A stretch of DNA of 51,698 bases from Candidatus Eiseniibacteriota bacterium (GCA_044222065.1 JBGAOA010000030.1:1-51698); one strand, 5' to 3'. Shown: positions 1 through 10,309, numbered from the stretch's first letter. Made by a program: numbers and translations. Notes: generated by a model not told the origin, from the letters alone.

Positions 1-2
1 GC

Positions 3-554
3 GTCCTCGACCTCGGCACCGGGTCCGGAGCGCTCGCGCTCGCGATCGCCGCCGAATGTCCCGCGGCGAGCGTCACCGCGACCGACGCGAGTCCGGCCGC
101 GCTCGAGGTCGCGCGCGGCAACGCGCTCGCGCTCGGCCTCGAATCACGCGTGCGGTTCGCGCACGGCGACTGGTTCGGCGCCGTCGGCGCGGACGAGCGC
201 TTCGAGGTCGTCGTCTCGAACCCGCCGTACGTCGCCGACGGCGAACGCGACGCGCTGCCGGCCGACGTGCGCGACCACGAGCCCCACGCGGCGCTGTTCT
301 CGGGCGAGACCGGGCTCGAGGACCTGCGCGCGATCGTCGAGGACGCGCCGCGGCACCTCGTCACGGGCGGCCTGCTCGCGCTCGAACTCGACGAGACGCG
401 CGCGCGCGACGTGTTCGCGTGGTTCGAGGGCGCGCACGACTGGAGCGGCGCGCGGCTCGTGGACGACCTCGCCGGCAAGCCGCGCCTGCTGCTCGCGCGC
501 CGCGAACGCGGCCCCGCGATCGCGCCGCAACAGTGGGCGGAGGAGCGCGAGTAG
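3..554 (+). CDS. prmC: Release factor glutamine methyltransferase (5' truncated by window edge)
   Basis: Frame from nt 3 reads VLDLGTGSGALALAIA (SAM motif I) and later VVSNPPYV (NPPY motif) and DHEPHAALFSGETGL; stop TAG ends at 554. Confidence 0.93.
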   Translation, partial: VLDLGTGSGALALAIAAECPAASVTATDASPAALEVARGNALALGLESRVRFAHGDWFGAVGADERFEVVVSNPPYVADGERDALPADVRDHEPHAALFSGETGLEDLRAIVEDAPRHLVTGGLLALELDETRARDVFAWFEGAHDWSGARLVDDLAGKPRLLLARRERGPAIAPQQWAEERE

Positions 555-1058
555 GCCGTGACGACTGTTGCGCGGTAGCTAACGGCAGTTCGAAGTCGCT
601 GTTTCGAAGCGTGTCGGACTCACCGACGGTTTTGTGGCGGCCGCCGATCGTTCGAACGCGACTCGTCTCGGCGAGTCGGGGCGAACTCGCGCCGAGACGC
701 GCGCTTGACGGGCAGGGACTGCGCGCACGCGGGCTGGTATCCGAGATGCGAGAGCGGGGTGGGATTCCCATCGCCGCTCCGCATGGAGGCCTCCCTCGTG
801 TTCTGGCCGCGCTGCTCTCAGCGAACTACGCAGGTCGTCGTGGCAAACGCGGTCGTGGCCGCGCGTCCAAAGCACGGTCCGCGCTGATCCGTCTGCAGGA
901 AACGAGGGAACTGCTGTTCCGCCTCGACCAAGGTCTCTCCCCCGGCGACGACCGAGTTGCCGCCTGTAAGTGCGCGACTGCGAGGAGCAGCGGATGCTCG
1001 GCGAGATGCCGGTCAACGTGCTGAGGTCGGACGCAAGAGTGAGGAGGAGACTCGACGG

Positions 1059-3878
1059 ATGAGCCGATTCTTCGAGAGCTTCGAACCCGCGGGCGCGCTG
1101 ACGATTCTCTCGCTGCTCTTCGCATGTGGCGCCGCGAGCGCCACGCCCCCACCGATTCAGTTCGCGAGTCGGCAGCTGTACCCGGACGTTGGCGATCACA
1201 TCGCGGTCGGACAGCTCGATGACGAGCCGGGCTTCGAGATCGCGGGAGCCAAAGCAGGTCAGATCTTCGTTCTGCGTGGCGTGCTTGGAAGCGAGTTCTC
1301 CGGACCCGACTCGATGAGGCTTGCGGGCGGTCCGATCGTTGCGCTCAAGGTGCGAGACCTCGACGGGAATGGCCACGACGACCTGGTTTCACTGCAGGAG
1401 TCGCCGGCGACGCTACGTGTATTGCGCAGACAGATCGGCTTCGCATTTTCGGTCCCCGAAGTCTACGCCGTCCCAACTGGCTCGGCCTCGGTGGAGTTCG
1501 CCGACTTGAACGGAGACTTGCGACTCGACGCGGTGGTGCTCTCTCCGGACTCGCTGTGCGTGTTGTTCGGCGGGGACGGGCGATTCCTGTCTCGAGTCGA
1601 CCGTGGGGATGCGCCGCATGCGATGGCCAGCTTCGCGCTGGGCGACGTGAACTGCGACTCGATCGCCGATCTCGTGGCTATCTATAGAGCGAGCGGTCCG
1701 AATCATCTCGGCGTCGGGCTCGGCAACGGCGACGGCACCTTCACGCCTCCCGTACTCCTCGCCGATGAGAACTCGGGGTTCTCGCACGTGATGCTTGCCG
1801 ACATGGATGCGGACGGCGATCTCGATGTCGTCGCGGTGGACACTTCCCACCCGCACTGGTTCGAAAACTCGGGCACGGGGGCGTTCTCGCATCACGGGCC
1901 GTACTTCCCCGAGAGCAGTTCTCCAAGTTGGAAGGAAGCTCTGGGAGTGGGCGATATCGACGGCGACGGACTGCCCGAGGTGGCGACGAGCGGCCGCATC
2001 CACACATACGTCGACGAGAACCTGCTCGTGTTCGTCGGACACGCGCTGGGGGACGACGCTCGGCAGGGCACAGCGCGCTGGCACGTGCCCGGGGCGCTCA
2101 AGGAGCTGACGATTGCTGACGTGAACGGGGACGGCTGGTCCGAAATCGTCGGCACCTGCGGTGTGAAGGACGACGGTCACGAGGACAGCGACGACCCGAC
2201 CACGTTCATCCTGTGGAATCGCGGCGATGGACTGCTGCTGGGTCGGGAGGAGATTCTGGTGTCATCGCCTCCCCTCTACGCGAGGGCCGCGCGGGGAGTC
2301 CGGCCCGTGCGCACCAGCCAGCGGGCGTTCGCCGATTTCGTCGTTACGGAGCGCGATACGCTCTTCCTGATCCGGAACCAAAGCCCAGGCGTGTACCGCG
2401 AACGCACTCCGATCGGCTTGGGCGAGGCGGCTGCGGTGGTTGATCTGAATGAGGATGGTGAGGATGACCTGCTCTTCTATGACGGGTCCTGCAGGCTTCG
2501 ATCTGGCGATGGCGTTGGCTTTGGCCCGACGCTCCAAGTCGCCGAGTGGGGAAGGCTGTGCGCGCCGGCAGAGTTCAATGGTGACCAGCACCCGGATCTA
2601 CTCCTGCTGACATCGGCGCCCGAGCTGAGAATCTGCCTCGGGCTGGGCGGCGGGGCCTTTGCAGCGCCGATCACCGTCCAATGGCCCGCCATCGCTCCGC
2701 ACCTGTACGCGTGCGCCGATTTCGACGGCGACGGTCGGGACGAGATCTTCCACGTCCCCTGGGCGAGGACCTCCGGAGAGTACGGCGAGCAGACGGCGAG
2801 CGCCGCGCTGGAGATCCTCTATCTCGACTCCTTCGGTGCCGTCGTTCGAGCGACCACCGACTCGATGAGCTTCTTTGGCGCCTCGCTCGTGACTGCGCTC
2901 GACGCTCTCGTGGGCACGGATGTGGACGGCGATGGCGATCGCGACGTGATCTTCGAGTTCGGCCGCGGTGCGGACTTCGGGGTCGCCTGGTGGGGAGATT
3001 TCATCAACGACGGTGCCGGACACCTGTCACTCGTCGGGACGCACTACGGCGACTACGGCGGCAAGGGCTTCGTAACAGCGGACTGGAATCTCGACGGCAT
3101 GGCCGACTTCGCGACCCACGAGGTCTACAACTGCGGCACGTACGCCTACCACGGCTATTTCTACACCGCACTCGGCGGCGGCGCCTTTTCGGAAGCTCAG
3201 ACGATCCGAACCACTGGCTGTGCGGACGGCTCAATCGTCGGCGACTTCGATGGCGACGGCCGACCGGACGTCGGTTTCACGGACGGCTATTTCGGACTCG
3301 TCACGCTGCTCTACAACGCCTCTCCGCTCGCTCCCACGCCCGCGCAACTCGCGCTTGTCTCCTCGCGCTTCGAGAACGGTGCGGTCGTGCTCGAGTGGTT
3401 CGCTCCCGAAGGCGGCACGTTCACCGCCACGGTCGAGCGGCGCGTCGCGGACGGCGAGTGGGGCGCGCTCGCGAGCGTCGTCGCCGATGGCGCGGGGCAT
3501 GTCACGTACCGCGACGCCGCCGTCGCTCCGGGCCGCCGCTACGCCTATCGCCTTCGCTACTCCGACGGCGCCGTCGAACGCACGAGCGTCGAAACGTGGG
3601 TGGACGTGCCGAGGCCCGCCTTCGCGATGCGCGCGCTCGGCGCGGTGCCGGGCGACCGGCTCCCCGCGTTCGCGCTCACCGTTCCCCGCGCGGGCGAGGT
3701 GACGCTCGCGCTCTACGACGTGAGCGGACGACTCGTGCGTTCCGCTCGACGCACGCTCGCCGAAGCGGGCGAGGTGCGGCTCGAGCTGTCCGAGCGTGCG
3801 CTTTCCGCGGGCCTCTACTTCGCTCGCGCGCAGTTCGAGGGCCAGACCAACGTCACGCGTGTCATCCTCTTCCGATGA
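1059..3878 (+). CDS. Secreted FG-GAP/VCBS repeat protein with C-terminal T9SS type A/FlgD-Ig-like domain
   Basis: GAGGAGG RBS before ATG 1059; signal-peptide-like N-terminus; many D-x-D/N-G-D-G-x-x-D repeats; C-terminus 'LALYDVSGRLVR...LSAGLYFARA...TRVILFR'. Confidence 0.85.
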   Translation: MSRFFESFEPAGALTILSLLFACGAASATPPPIQFASRQLYPDVGDHIAVGQLDDEPGFEIAGAKAGQIFVLRGVLGSEFSGPDSMRLAGGPIVALKVRDLDGNGHDDLVSLQESPATLRVLRRQIGFAFSVPEVYAVPTGSASVEFADLNGDLRLDAVVLSPDSLCVLFGGDGRFLSRVDRGDAPHAMASFALGDVNCDSIADLVAIYRASGPNHLGVGLGNGDGTFTPPVLLADENSGFSHVMLADMDADGDLDVVAVDTSHPHWFENSGTGAFSHHGPYFPESSSPSWKEALGVGDIDGDGLPEVATSGRIHTYVDENLLVFVGHALGDDARQGTARWHVPGALKELTIADVNGDGWSEIVGTCGVKDDGHEDSDDPTTFILWNRGDGLLLGREEILVSSPPLYARAARGVRPVRTSQRAFADFVVTERDTLFLIRNQSPGVYRERTPIGLGEAAAVVDLNEDGEDDLLFYDGSCRLRSGDGVGFGPTLQVAEWGRLCAPAEFNGDQHPDLLLLTSAPELRICLGLGGGAFAAPITVQWPAIAPHLYACADFDGDGRDEIFHVPWARTSGEYGEQTASAALEILYLDSFGAVVRATTDSMSFFGASLVTALDALVGTDVDGDGDRDVIFEFGRGADFGVAWWGDFINDGAGHLSLVGTHYGDYGGKGFVTADWNLDGMADFATHEVYNCGTYAYHGYFYTALGGGAFSEAQTIRTTGCADGSIVGDFDGDGRPDVGFTDGYFGLVTLLYNASPLAPTPAQLALVSSRFENGAVVLEWFAPEGGTFTATVERRVADGEWGALASVVADGAGHVTYRDAAVAPGRRYAYRLRYSDGAVERTSVETWVDVPRPAFAMRALGAVPGDRLPAFALTVPRAGEVTLALYDVSGRLVRSARRTLAEAGEVRLELSERALSAGLYFARAQFEGQTNVTRVILFR

Positions 3879-3909
3879 GGCAGCAAACCACTTCCAGGAG
3901 CGACCCCTC

Positions 3910-6411
3910 ATGAAACGCTCATCGCTCGCACTCGCATCCGCCGCGCTCGCGATCGTCACCGCGAGCGCCGGCGCTGCTCCGATCTGGTTTTCGCCCGAGG
4001 CGACGTACAGCTCGCCATCGGCGCTCTGGAATCTCGCAACCGGCGATCTCAACGGCGACGGCTGGACCGACATCGTCGGCGCGTTGCAGACGACGAACGT
4101 CGCCGTGTGGATCAACCGTCAGGACGGTTCGTTCGATCCGGTCGTGAGCGTGCCGTGCGGCCAGCGCTCGGACGCGGTCGCGTGCGCCGACTTCAACGGC
4201 GACGGGCTGGGTGATCTCGCGGTCGTGGACGACCAGAGCACGACGGGCCGCGTCGCGATCCTGCTCAACTCGGTGTCCGGCTTCGGCGCGCCGACGTACG
4301 TGCCCACCGACTCGAACGGCGTCGTGGCGATCGTCGCGGGCGACCTCGATCAGGACGGCGACGTGGACCTCGTCGTCGGCAACCGCTTCCGTCACTCGAT
4401 CTACCGGCTCGCGAACGACGGCAGCGGCGTGTTCTCGGCGGCGCCGCTCGCGGTGCTCCCGGTCGGCGCGAGCCAGCTGTGGCTCGCGGACGCCGACGCC
4501 GACGGTGATCTGGACGTGTTCTCGGCGCAGTCGTTCTACTGGGCGGCCATGGCGCCGTTCGCCCTTCGAGTCGCGTTCGCGACGGGGAAAGACATCGGCT
4601 GGACGATTCCGAACCAGCTCCCGGGCACCTTCGGCGCGCCGGTGTCGCTCGATGTGCGAGGCGTGATGCTCGCGCAAGACCTCACCGGCGACGGACGAGC
4701 GGACCTCGTGTCGGCGCGCGACTCGGTGACGTATGCGACGTGGCAGTTGCGACGCGGACTCGCGGGTGGCGGGTTCGGCGCGCCCGACGCCATCGACGGA
4801 GGCGGTCTGCTGCGCACGGCGGCCGGCGACTTCGACGGTGACGGTCGGGCCGACTTGATCGCGGAGTTCTCGAGCGGAGCCGTATTCGGCTTCGTTCCCC
4901 AGCTGCAGACGTCGCCTGGGATCTTCACGCCCTCGCACCCGATGGGGAGCAGCGGCGACCTGATTTCCTGGGCCGTGGGCGACTTCGACGCCGACGGGAC
5001 GCCGGACCTCGCGCACGGCCTCAGCACGCTTCACGTGCGGCGCTTCGCGCACGGTCGATTCGCGGGCTTCGCGGTTTACGACCAGGGCGTCGGCGTCACC
5101 CCGGAGGACCTCGCGGCCGGCGACGTGGATGGCGACGGCGATGCCGACGTGGCGGTGGCGAACCACTTCACGCTGATGCACCTCTACCGCAATCGCGGAG
5201 ATGGAAGTCTCGCGCTCGCCGGGAATCTGATGAACTCGTACGTGCGTCAGCTCGACATGGGCGACGTGAACGGCGATGGCAGGGCCGAAGTCATCGGGCA
5301 ATACGTCGACCAGCCGTCGAGCTGCACGTACTTCACGCCCGATGGCAGCGTCACGTGGCGGTATCCGCCGACGGGCAACTACGCGCCGGCGCTGTACTCG
5401 AACGCGCCGGGAGACTGGAACGGCGACGGCGATCTCGACGTGCTGCTGTCCGACGGGTCGCTGCTCGACAACGACGGCGCCGGGAACTTCACGCGTCTGT
5501 CGTTCGCATCGTCCGGCGCGGAGCATCGCCTGACCGGCGACTTCGACGGCGACGGACGCGTCGACGCAGGCTCGGCGGCGGCGGATTCGTTCCGCTACCG
5601 GCCCAACCTGCTCGGTCTCGGTCTCGGAAACTCGATCGCGATCTTCGCGGGCGGGACGCTCTCGGCGTCGACCGTCGGCGACCTGGACGGTGACGGGAAG
5701 ATCGACTTCGTCGGTGCGCTCGGGACGAGCGGCCTGAGTTGTGTACGAAGCCAGGGGAGCGGTGCGTTCGCGCCGCCCGTCGTGACGAGCCTGAGCCTGG
5801 CGCCAGCGGGCTACACCGTGACCACGCTCGCGGTCGGCGACTTCGACGGCGACACCGAGGCGGACGTCGCGGTGTTCGCGGCGAATCCGCCACCGTCGGG
5901 CGGCGGTCCGCCTCAGTTCCTCCTGCGCGCGTTCCGCGGGCTCGGCGCCGGCGTGTTCGGCGAGCCGAGCGACGTGGGCCTGGGCGTGTGCTCGGGCACC
6001 GCGATCAGCGCCGATCTCGACGACGACGGCGCGAGCGACTTGCTCGTCCTGCAGCAGAACCACTCGAATGCGCGTCTGCTCCGCGTCGTCTTCGGCACGC
6101 CGATCGCGCCGCCCGCGGGCGTCGGCGATGCGCCGCTCGCGCAACGCGACGCGCTCGCCCTGCGGCCGCTCGGGCGCGTGCCGTGCGCAACGCTTCCGGC
6201 GTTCGCGCTCACGCTGCGCGAGCCGGGCGACGTGATGCTCGCGCTCTACGACTTGAACGGCCGCCGCGTGTGCGCGACGAAGCGCACGTTCGACTCGGCG
6301 GGCGAGCACCGCGTTGAACTGCCGGCCGCGCGGCTCTCGGCCGGGCTCTACTTCGTGCGCGCGTCGACCGCGCGCGGAAACGTCACGGCGCGGGTGATGG
6401 TCGTGAAGTGA
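3910..6411 (+). CDS. Secreted FG-GAP/VCBS repeat protein with C-terminal T9SS/FlgD-like domain
   Basis: CAGGAG RBS, ATG 3910; MKRSSLALASAALAIVTASAGA signal peptide; repeated GDLNGDGWTD/GDFDGDGRAD units; C-terminal 'LYDLNGRRV...LSAGLYFVRA...RVMVVK'. Confidence 0.87.
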   Translation: MKRSSLALASAALAIVTASAGAAPIWFSPEATYSSPSALWNLATGDLNGDGWTDIVGALQTTNVAVWINRQDGSFDPVVSVPCGQRSDAVACADFNGDGLGDLAVVDDQSTTGRVAILLNSVSGFGAPTYVPTDSNGVVAIVAGDLDQDGDVDLVVGNRFRHSIYRLANDGSGVFSAAPLAVLPVGASQLWLADADADGDLDVFSAQSFYWAAMAPFALRVAFATGKDIGWTIPNQLPGTFGAPVSLDVRGVMLAQDLTGDGRADLVSARDSVTYATWQLRRGLAGGGFGAPDAIDGGGLLRTAAGDFDGDGRADLIAEFSSGAVFGFVPQLQTSPGIFTPSHPMGSSGDLISWAVGDFDADGTPDLAHGLSTLHVRRFAHGRFAGFAVYDQGVGVTPEDLAAGDVDGDGDADVAVANHFTLMHLYRNRGDGSLALAGNLMNSYVRQLDMGDVNGDGRAEVIGQYVDQPSSCTYFTPDGSVTWRYPPTGNYAPALYSNAPGDWNGDGDLDVLLSDGSLLDNDGAGNFTRLSFASSGAEHRLTGDFDGDGRVDAGSAAADSFRYRPNLLGLGLGNSIAIFAGGTLSASTVGDLDGDGKIDFVGALGTSGLSCVRSQGSGAFAPPVVTSLSLAPAGYTVTTLAVGDFDGDTEADVAVFAANPPPSGGGPPQFLLRAFRGLGAGVFGEPSDVGLGVCSGTAISADLDDDGASDLLVLQQNHSNARLLRVVFGTPIAPPAGVGDAPLAQRDALALRPLGRVPCATLPAFALTLREPGDVMLALYDLNGRRVCATKRTFDSAGEHRVELPAARLSAGLYFVRASTARGNVTARVMVVK

Positions 6412-6427
6412 GTCGCTGAATACGCGC

Positions 6428-6459
6428 CTCGGCCGCCTTCGAGTGCGAAGGCGGCCGAG
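6428..6459. terminator. Hairpin between convergent genes (probable bidirectional terminator)
   Basis: Perfect 14-bp inverted repeat CTCGGCCGCCTTCG-agtg-CGAAGGCGGCCGAG. Confidence 0.7.
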
Positions 6460-6478
6460 ACGTTTCGAGGCGATGCGA

Positions 6479-7402
6479 TCACCGGTACAGCGTCTTCACC
6501 CGGCCCCACGTCGAGCGCGACGTCGCCGTCGCGTGTCCGACCGCCACCGGGTAGTCCTCGGTCTCGCCTCCGAAGTAATTGCCTCCGGGCACCGTCGCCG
6601 AGCCCGCCCACGGGTAGTCGTCCGGCACCGGCGTGTCGGTCAGCGAAATCCGCAGCCAGGCATACGTGTCGAACGGTCCGGTGAGGAACGCCGGCGACGT
6701 CAGCAGCGCGCAGCCGGGCGGGATCGCGATGGGCGCGTTCTTCACCGCCCATTCGAAGGCGCAGGCGCCGTTCGGGCAGCTGAAGTTGTCGTTCCAGTCG
6801 CCGTCGCCGTTCCAGTCCACGCAGATGTTGAGGAAGCGCGGGCTCTGCTGCGTGGCGGGCGTACAGCTCCACGTGAAGAACGAAACCGCCGATACCGCGC
6901 ACGCCGCGAAGCTGATCGGGCTCGTGATGCCCGCATCCGATCCGTCCGCGTAGCACTCGTCCTGGCCGAACGACATGCCGGGGAACGACGGCTCGATGCA
7001 GTCGGTCGGAATGCCGCCGCACGCGCTCGGTCCGCCGCCGAGGGCGACCTTGCCGTCGGGCTCGCTGTCGATGCCCATCGGACCGGTCGGCGTCGGGTAG
7101 CAACCGAGCCAATAGCCGGCGATCCCCTGGACGTGAAGGATGTAGCCCGTCGGTCCGGGAGGCGTGCTGATCGGCGGACAAACGAACGTCCTCGTCCCCG
7201 GCGCGCTCGGCACGAGACACGTCGGGAAGTGACCGAGCACGCCGCTCGGGTACGCCGGGATCGCTTCGGGCGCGTCGCCGAAGTCCTCGTGAGCTCTCGC
7301 GCAATCGTCAGGGCCGTCGACGTCGGTCGCGCGGGCGACGTTCGCGAACGCGAACGCCAGGAACAACGAGAGCAGGGCGAAGGAGTAGCGAATGGACTTC
7401 AT
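6479..7402 (-). CDS. Secreted Cys-rich GEVED-like domain protein with C-terminal STWGRVKTLYR tail
   Basis: GAGGAG RBS; MKSIRYSFALLSLFLAFAFANVARA signal peptide; DFGDAP, VDWNGDGDWND, WLRISL and GETEDY motifs typical of GEVED-type domains. Confidence 0.8.
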   Translation of the reverse strand: MKSIRYSFALLSLFLAFAFANVARATDVDGPDDCARAHEDFGDAPEAIPAYPSGVLGHFPTCLVPSAPGTRTFVCPPISTPPGPTGYILHVQGIAGYWLGCYPTPTGPMGIDSEPDGKVALGGGPSACGGIPTDCIEPSFPGMSFGQDECYADGSDAGITSPISFAACAVSAVSFFTWSCTPATQQSPRFLNICVDWNGDGDWNDNFSCPNGACAFEWAVKNAPIAIPPGCALLTSPAFLTGPFDTYAWLRISLTDTPVPDDYPWAGSATVPGGNYFGGETEDYPVAVGHATATSRSTWGRVKTLYR

Positions 7403-7870
7403 GGTGCGTCTCCTCGTGCGGGGCTCGCGCCGGATCTCCGGCGGCCCCGCGAATGGGAACGCAAGGGGAGTGTGTGGACCTCGTGGCATTCGGGCCGTGC
7501 AGACACGGCGAAGCGGTGAGTCGGAGGCGCGCGAGCCATCATCACGTCCGCAGTTCGAGTAGAGCGGGACGACTGCGTGACGGAGGCCCAGCAGGGGGGA
7601 GGAAGGAGGCGGGCGTCGACCGTCGTCAACGACCAACGGGCGCACAGTCGCGGCGTGCGCGTCCGCGGTCAAGTCAATCTTGTCCGTTCCGAGGAAGGGG
7701 GGCGCGACGGGCAATGCGCGCGCCGCATCTGCGAACCTCGCGTCCGGCTCGCCGCCACGTTCCGGCCGGGGACGCGGCGCGACGCCGCGGAAAGCTCTCG
7801 GACGGAACCTGGCCCGTTCATGAATGCGCGGATCCGGCGCCCTCGGCTCGCGATTCGTCCACAGGTCGGA

Positions 7871-8812
7871 CTAGTGGTAGTGCGCGTCCTTCTCGCCGGC
7901 GCGGATCGCCACCTTGAGCGTGTTCGCCTTCGAGGGGATCGGACAGTTGTAGTGGTCCGACACCGCGCAGGCGGGGTTGTAGGCGAGGTTGAAGTCGAGC
8001 ACGTAGCGGCCGTTCGCGAGTGGCTCCAGGTCGAGGTAGCGGCCGACGCCGTAGGTCTCGTTCCCGGTCGTCGCGTCGCGGAAGAAGATGCCGAGGCTCT
8101 TCTCGTCCACGCCCGGCTCGAGCAGGCGCACGGCCTCGAGCCGGCACGGCTTGCCCACGACGGCGAAGTCGAACCATCCGGCGCGGAGCGCGTGACGCGC
8201 GTTGCCGCGCGTGGACATGACGACGACCGTGTCGGGCTTCGGGTTCGGGGTGATCGCCAGCTCGTAGCGGTACGCGAAGTCCACGGGGAACCACTCGAGC
8301 CCCTTGTAGTCCTTGAAGCGCGGGCTCTGCGGATCGAACACGATGATCGCGGGGAAGCGCTGGTGCGAGAGCCGCACCGTGAAGCGCGCGACGCCGATGC
8401 TTCCCGGCGCGAGCGTCGCGACGCGCCGCTCCTCACCGCCGGCCGCGAACGTGGCGCCGTCGTCGAGCGCTTCGACGCGGAACGAGTCGCCGACCACCGC
8501 GACGCGCAGGTGGTGCGGCTTCACGCTCGCGTCCTCGATGCGCACGTCGGCGTCCGCGGCGCTGCCGACCGTGAGCGAGGCCTTCGATTCGAAGTCGCGC
8601 CGCAGGATCGTCGCGAGGTACGAAGTCCTGGCCGTGCGCAGCCACTCGCGCGTCTCCTCGCGGTCCTTCTCGTACGCCGCGCGCAGCGAATCGGCCGCGG
8701 CGGGCGCGAGCGCGACGGGTGCGGCGGCGCGGGTCTTGGCCGCGGCGGGAGCGGCGAGAACGACGAGCGAGACGACGGCGGCGGCGAATCGGAAGCCGGA
8801 CGATCGCGACAT
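7871..8812 (-). CDS. DUF1684 family protein (secreted)
   Basis: Signal peptide; C-terminal FRDATTGNETYGVGRYLDL...LDFNLAYNPACAVSDHYNCPIP...NTLKVAIRAGEK matches DUF1684 pattern. Confidence 0.85.
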   Translation of the reverse strand: MSRSSGFRFAAAVVSLVVLAAPAAAKTRAAAPVALAPAAADSLRAAYEKDREETREWLRTARTSYLATILRRDFESKASLTVGSAADADVRIEDASVKPHHLRVAVVGDSFRVEALDDGATFAAGGEERRVATLAPGSIGVARFTVRLSHQRFPAIIVFDPQSPRFKDYKGLEWFPVDFAYRYELAITPNPKPDTVVVMSTRGNARHALRAGWFDFAVVGKPCRLEAVRLLEPGVDEKSLGIFFRDATTGNETYGVGRYLDLEPLANGRYVLDFNLAYNPACAVSDHYNCPIPSKANTLKVAIRAGEKDAHYH

Positions 8813-8983
8813 GGGCGCAATTCTCCTCGAAGGCGGCGGGTCGGCGCGCAGCATAGCGGAGGCCCTGCGTCGCACGCGACGCGCGGGCGTTGATTCCGCG
8901 CGGCGTCGCGCCGATAATGCCGGCGACTCGCGCCGCACCTCGAAGCCCTCGCCCGCGCACGATGCGCGGTTCGCATTCCAGGG

Positions 8984-10309
8984 ATGGACGCCATGACTCC
9001 GACGACTCGCACCTTCGCGCCCGCCGACTCCGCCACCTCGACCACTTCCGGCCTCATGGACGCACTCGTCATCACGGGCGGACGCCCGCTCGAAGGCCGC
9101 GTCGCGATCAGCGGCGCGAAGAACGCCGCTCTTCCCGTCATGTGCGCGACGCTGCTCGCGCCCGGCCTGCACGTCCTGAAGAACGTGCCGTCGCTGCTCG
9201 ACACGCGCACGATGGCGAAGGTGCTCGAAGTGCTCGGGGCGAAGGTCGAGTTCCGCGGCAACGAGTGCCGCATCGACACGACCGGCGTGAACTCGGTCGA
9301 GGCGCCCTACGACCTCGTGCGCACGATGCGGGCGAGCATCTACGTGCTCGGGCCCCTGCTCGCGCGCTTCGGCGCCGCGCGCGTGTCGCTGCCGGGCGGC
9401 TGCGCGTGGGGACCGCGGCCCGTGAACCTGCACCTCGAAGGTCTCAAGGCGATGGGCGCCGCGCTCGAGATCGACCACGGTTACGTCGTCGGCAAGGACG
9501 TGAAGCTCAAGGGCGCCGAGTACAACTTCGAGACCGTCTCGGTCGGCGCGACCGCGCAGCTCATGATGGCCGCGACGCTCGCGCACGGCACGACGGTGCT
9601 CGACAACGTCGCGCTCGAGCCCGACATCACGGTGCTCGGCGAGGTGCTGAACGACTGCGGCGCGCGCATCGAAGGCCTCGGCACGCGGCGCATCGTGATC
9701 CACGGCGTCAGCACGCTGCGGCCGATCCAGACCACGATCATCCCCGACCGCATCGAGGCGGCGACGTTCCTCGCCGCGGCGGCGATCACGCGCGGCCACG
9801 TCACGATCGAGCGCTGCGAGCCCGCGCACATGATGGCCGCGATCCACAAGCTCGAGGAGACCGGCTGCGAGGTGCTGTACGGGCCGAACGAAGTGACGGT
9901 GCACGCGTCCTCGCGGCCGGCCGCGGTCAACACGACGACGGCGCCGTTCCCGGGATTCCCGACCGACATGCAGGCGCAGATGATGGCGCTCGCGGCCGTC
10001 GCCGACGGCATGAGCGTGATCACGGACACGATCTACCTCGACCGCTTCACGCACGTGCCCGAGCTCGGCCGGCTCGGCGCGAAGATCGACCTCAAGGGCA
10101 ACGTCGCCGTCGTGAAGGGCGTCGAAAAGCTCTCGGGCGCGCCCGTCATGGCGACCGACCTGCGCGCGAGCGCGGCGCTCGCGATGGCGGCGCTCGTCGC
10201 CGACGGCGAGACGAAGATCTCGCGCATCTACCACCTCGATCGCGGCTACGAGAACTTCGACCAGAAGCTCGCATCGCTCGGCGCCACGATCCGTCGCGTC
10301 CAGGAGTGA
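8984..10309 (+). CDS. murA: UDP-N-acetylglucosamine 1-carboxyvinyltransferase (start may be 8993 or 9056)
   Basis: ISGAKNAALP, MRASIYVLGPLL, LPGGCAWGPRPVNLH (catalytic Cys loop), PDRIEAAT, FPGFPTDMQAQ, ATDLRASAAL, HLDRGYE. Confidence 0.97.
   Translation: MDAMTPTTRTFAPADSATSTTSGLMDALVITGGRPLEGRVAISGAKNAALPVMCATLLAPGLHVLKNVPSLLDTRTMAKVLEVLGAKVEFRGNECRIDTTGVNSVEAPYDLVRTMRASIYVLGPLLARFGAARVSLPGGCAWGPRPVNLHLEGLKAMGAALEIDHGYVVGKDVKLKGAEYNFETVSVGATAQLMMAATLAHGTTVLDNVALEPDITVLGEVLNDCGARIEGLGTRRIVIHGVSTLRPIQTTIIPDRIEAATFLAAAAITRGHVTIERCEPAHMMAAIHKLEETGCEVLYGPNEVTVHASSRPAAVNTTTAPFPGFPTDMQAQMMALAAVADGMSVITDTIYLDRFTHVPELGRLGAKIDLKGNVAVVKGVEKLSGAPVMATDLRASAALAMAALVADGETKISRIYHLDRGYENFDQKLASLGATIRRVQE

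Noticed and set aside
735..750. TGGTATCCGAGATGCG as a sigma54 promoter for the first FG-GAP gene
   Set aside because: GG-N10-GC spacing is right but the match is weak at both boxes and no clear enhancer; not supportable by eye
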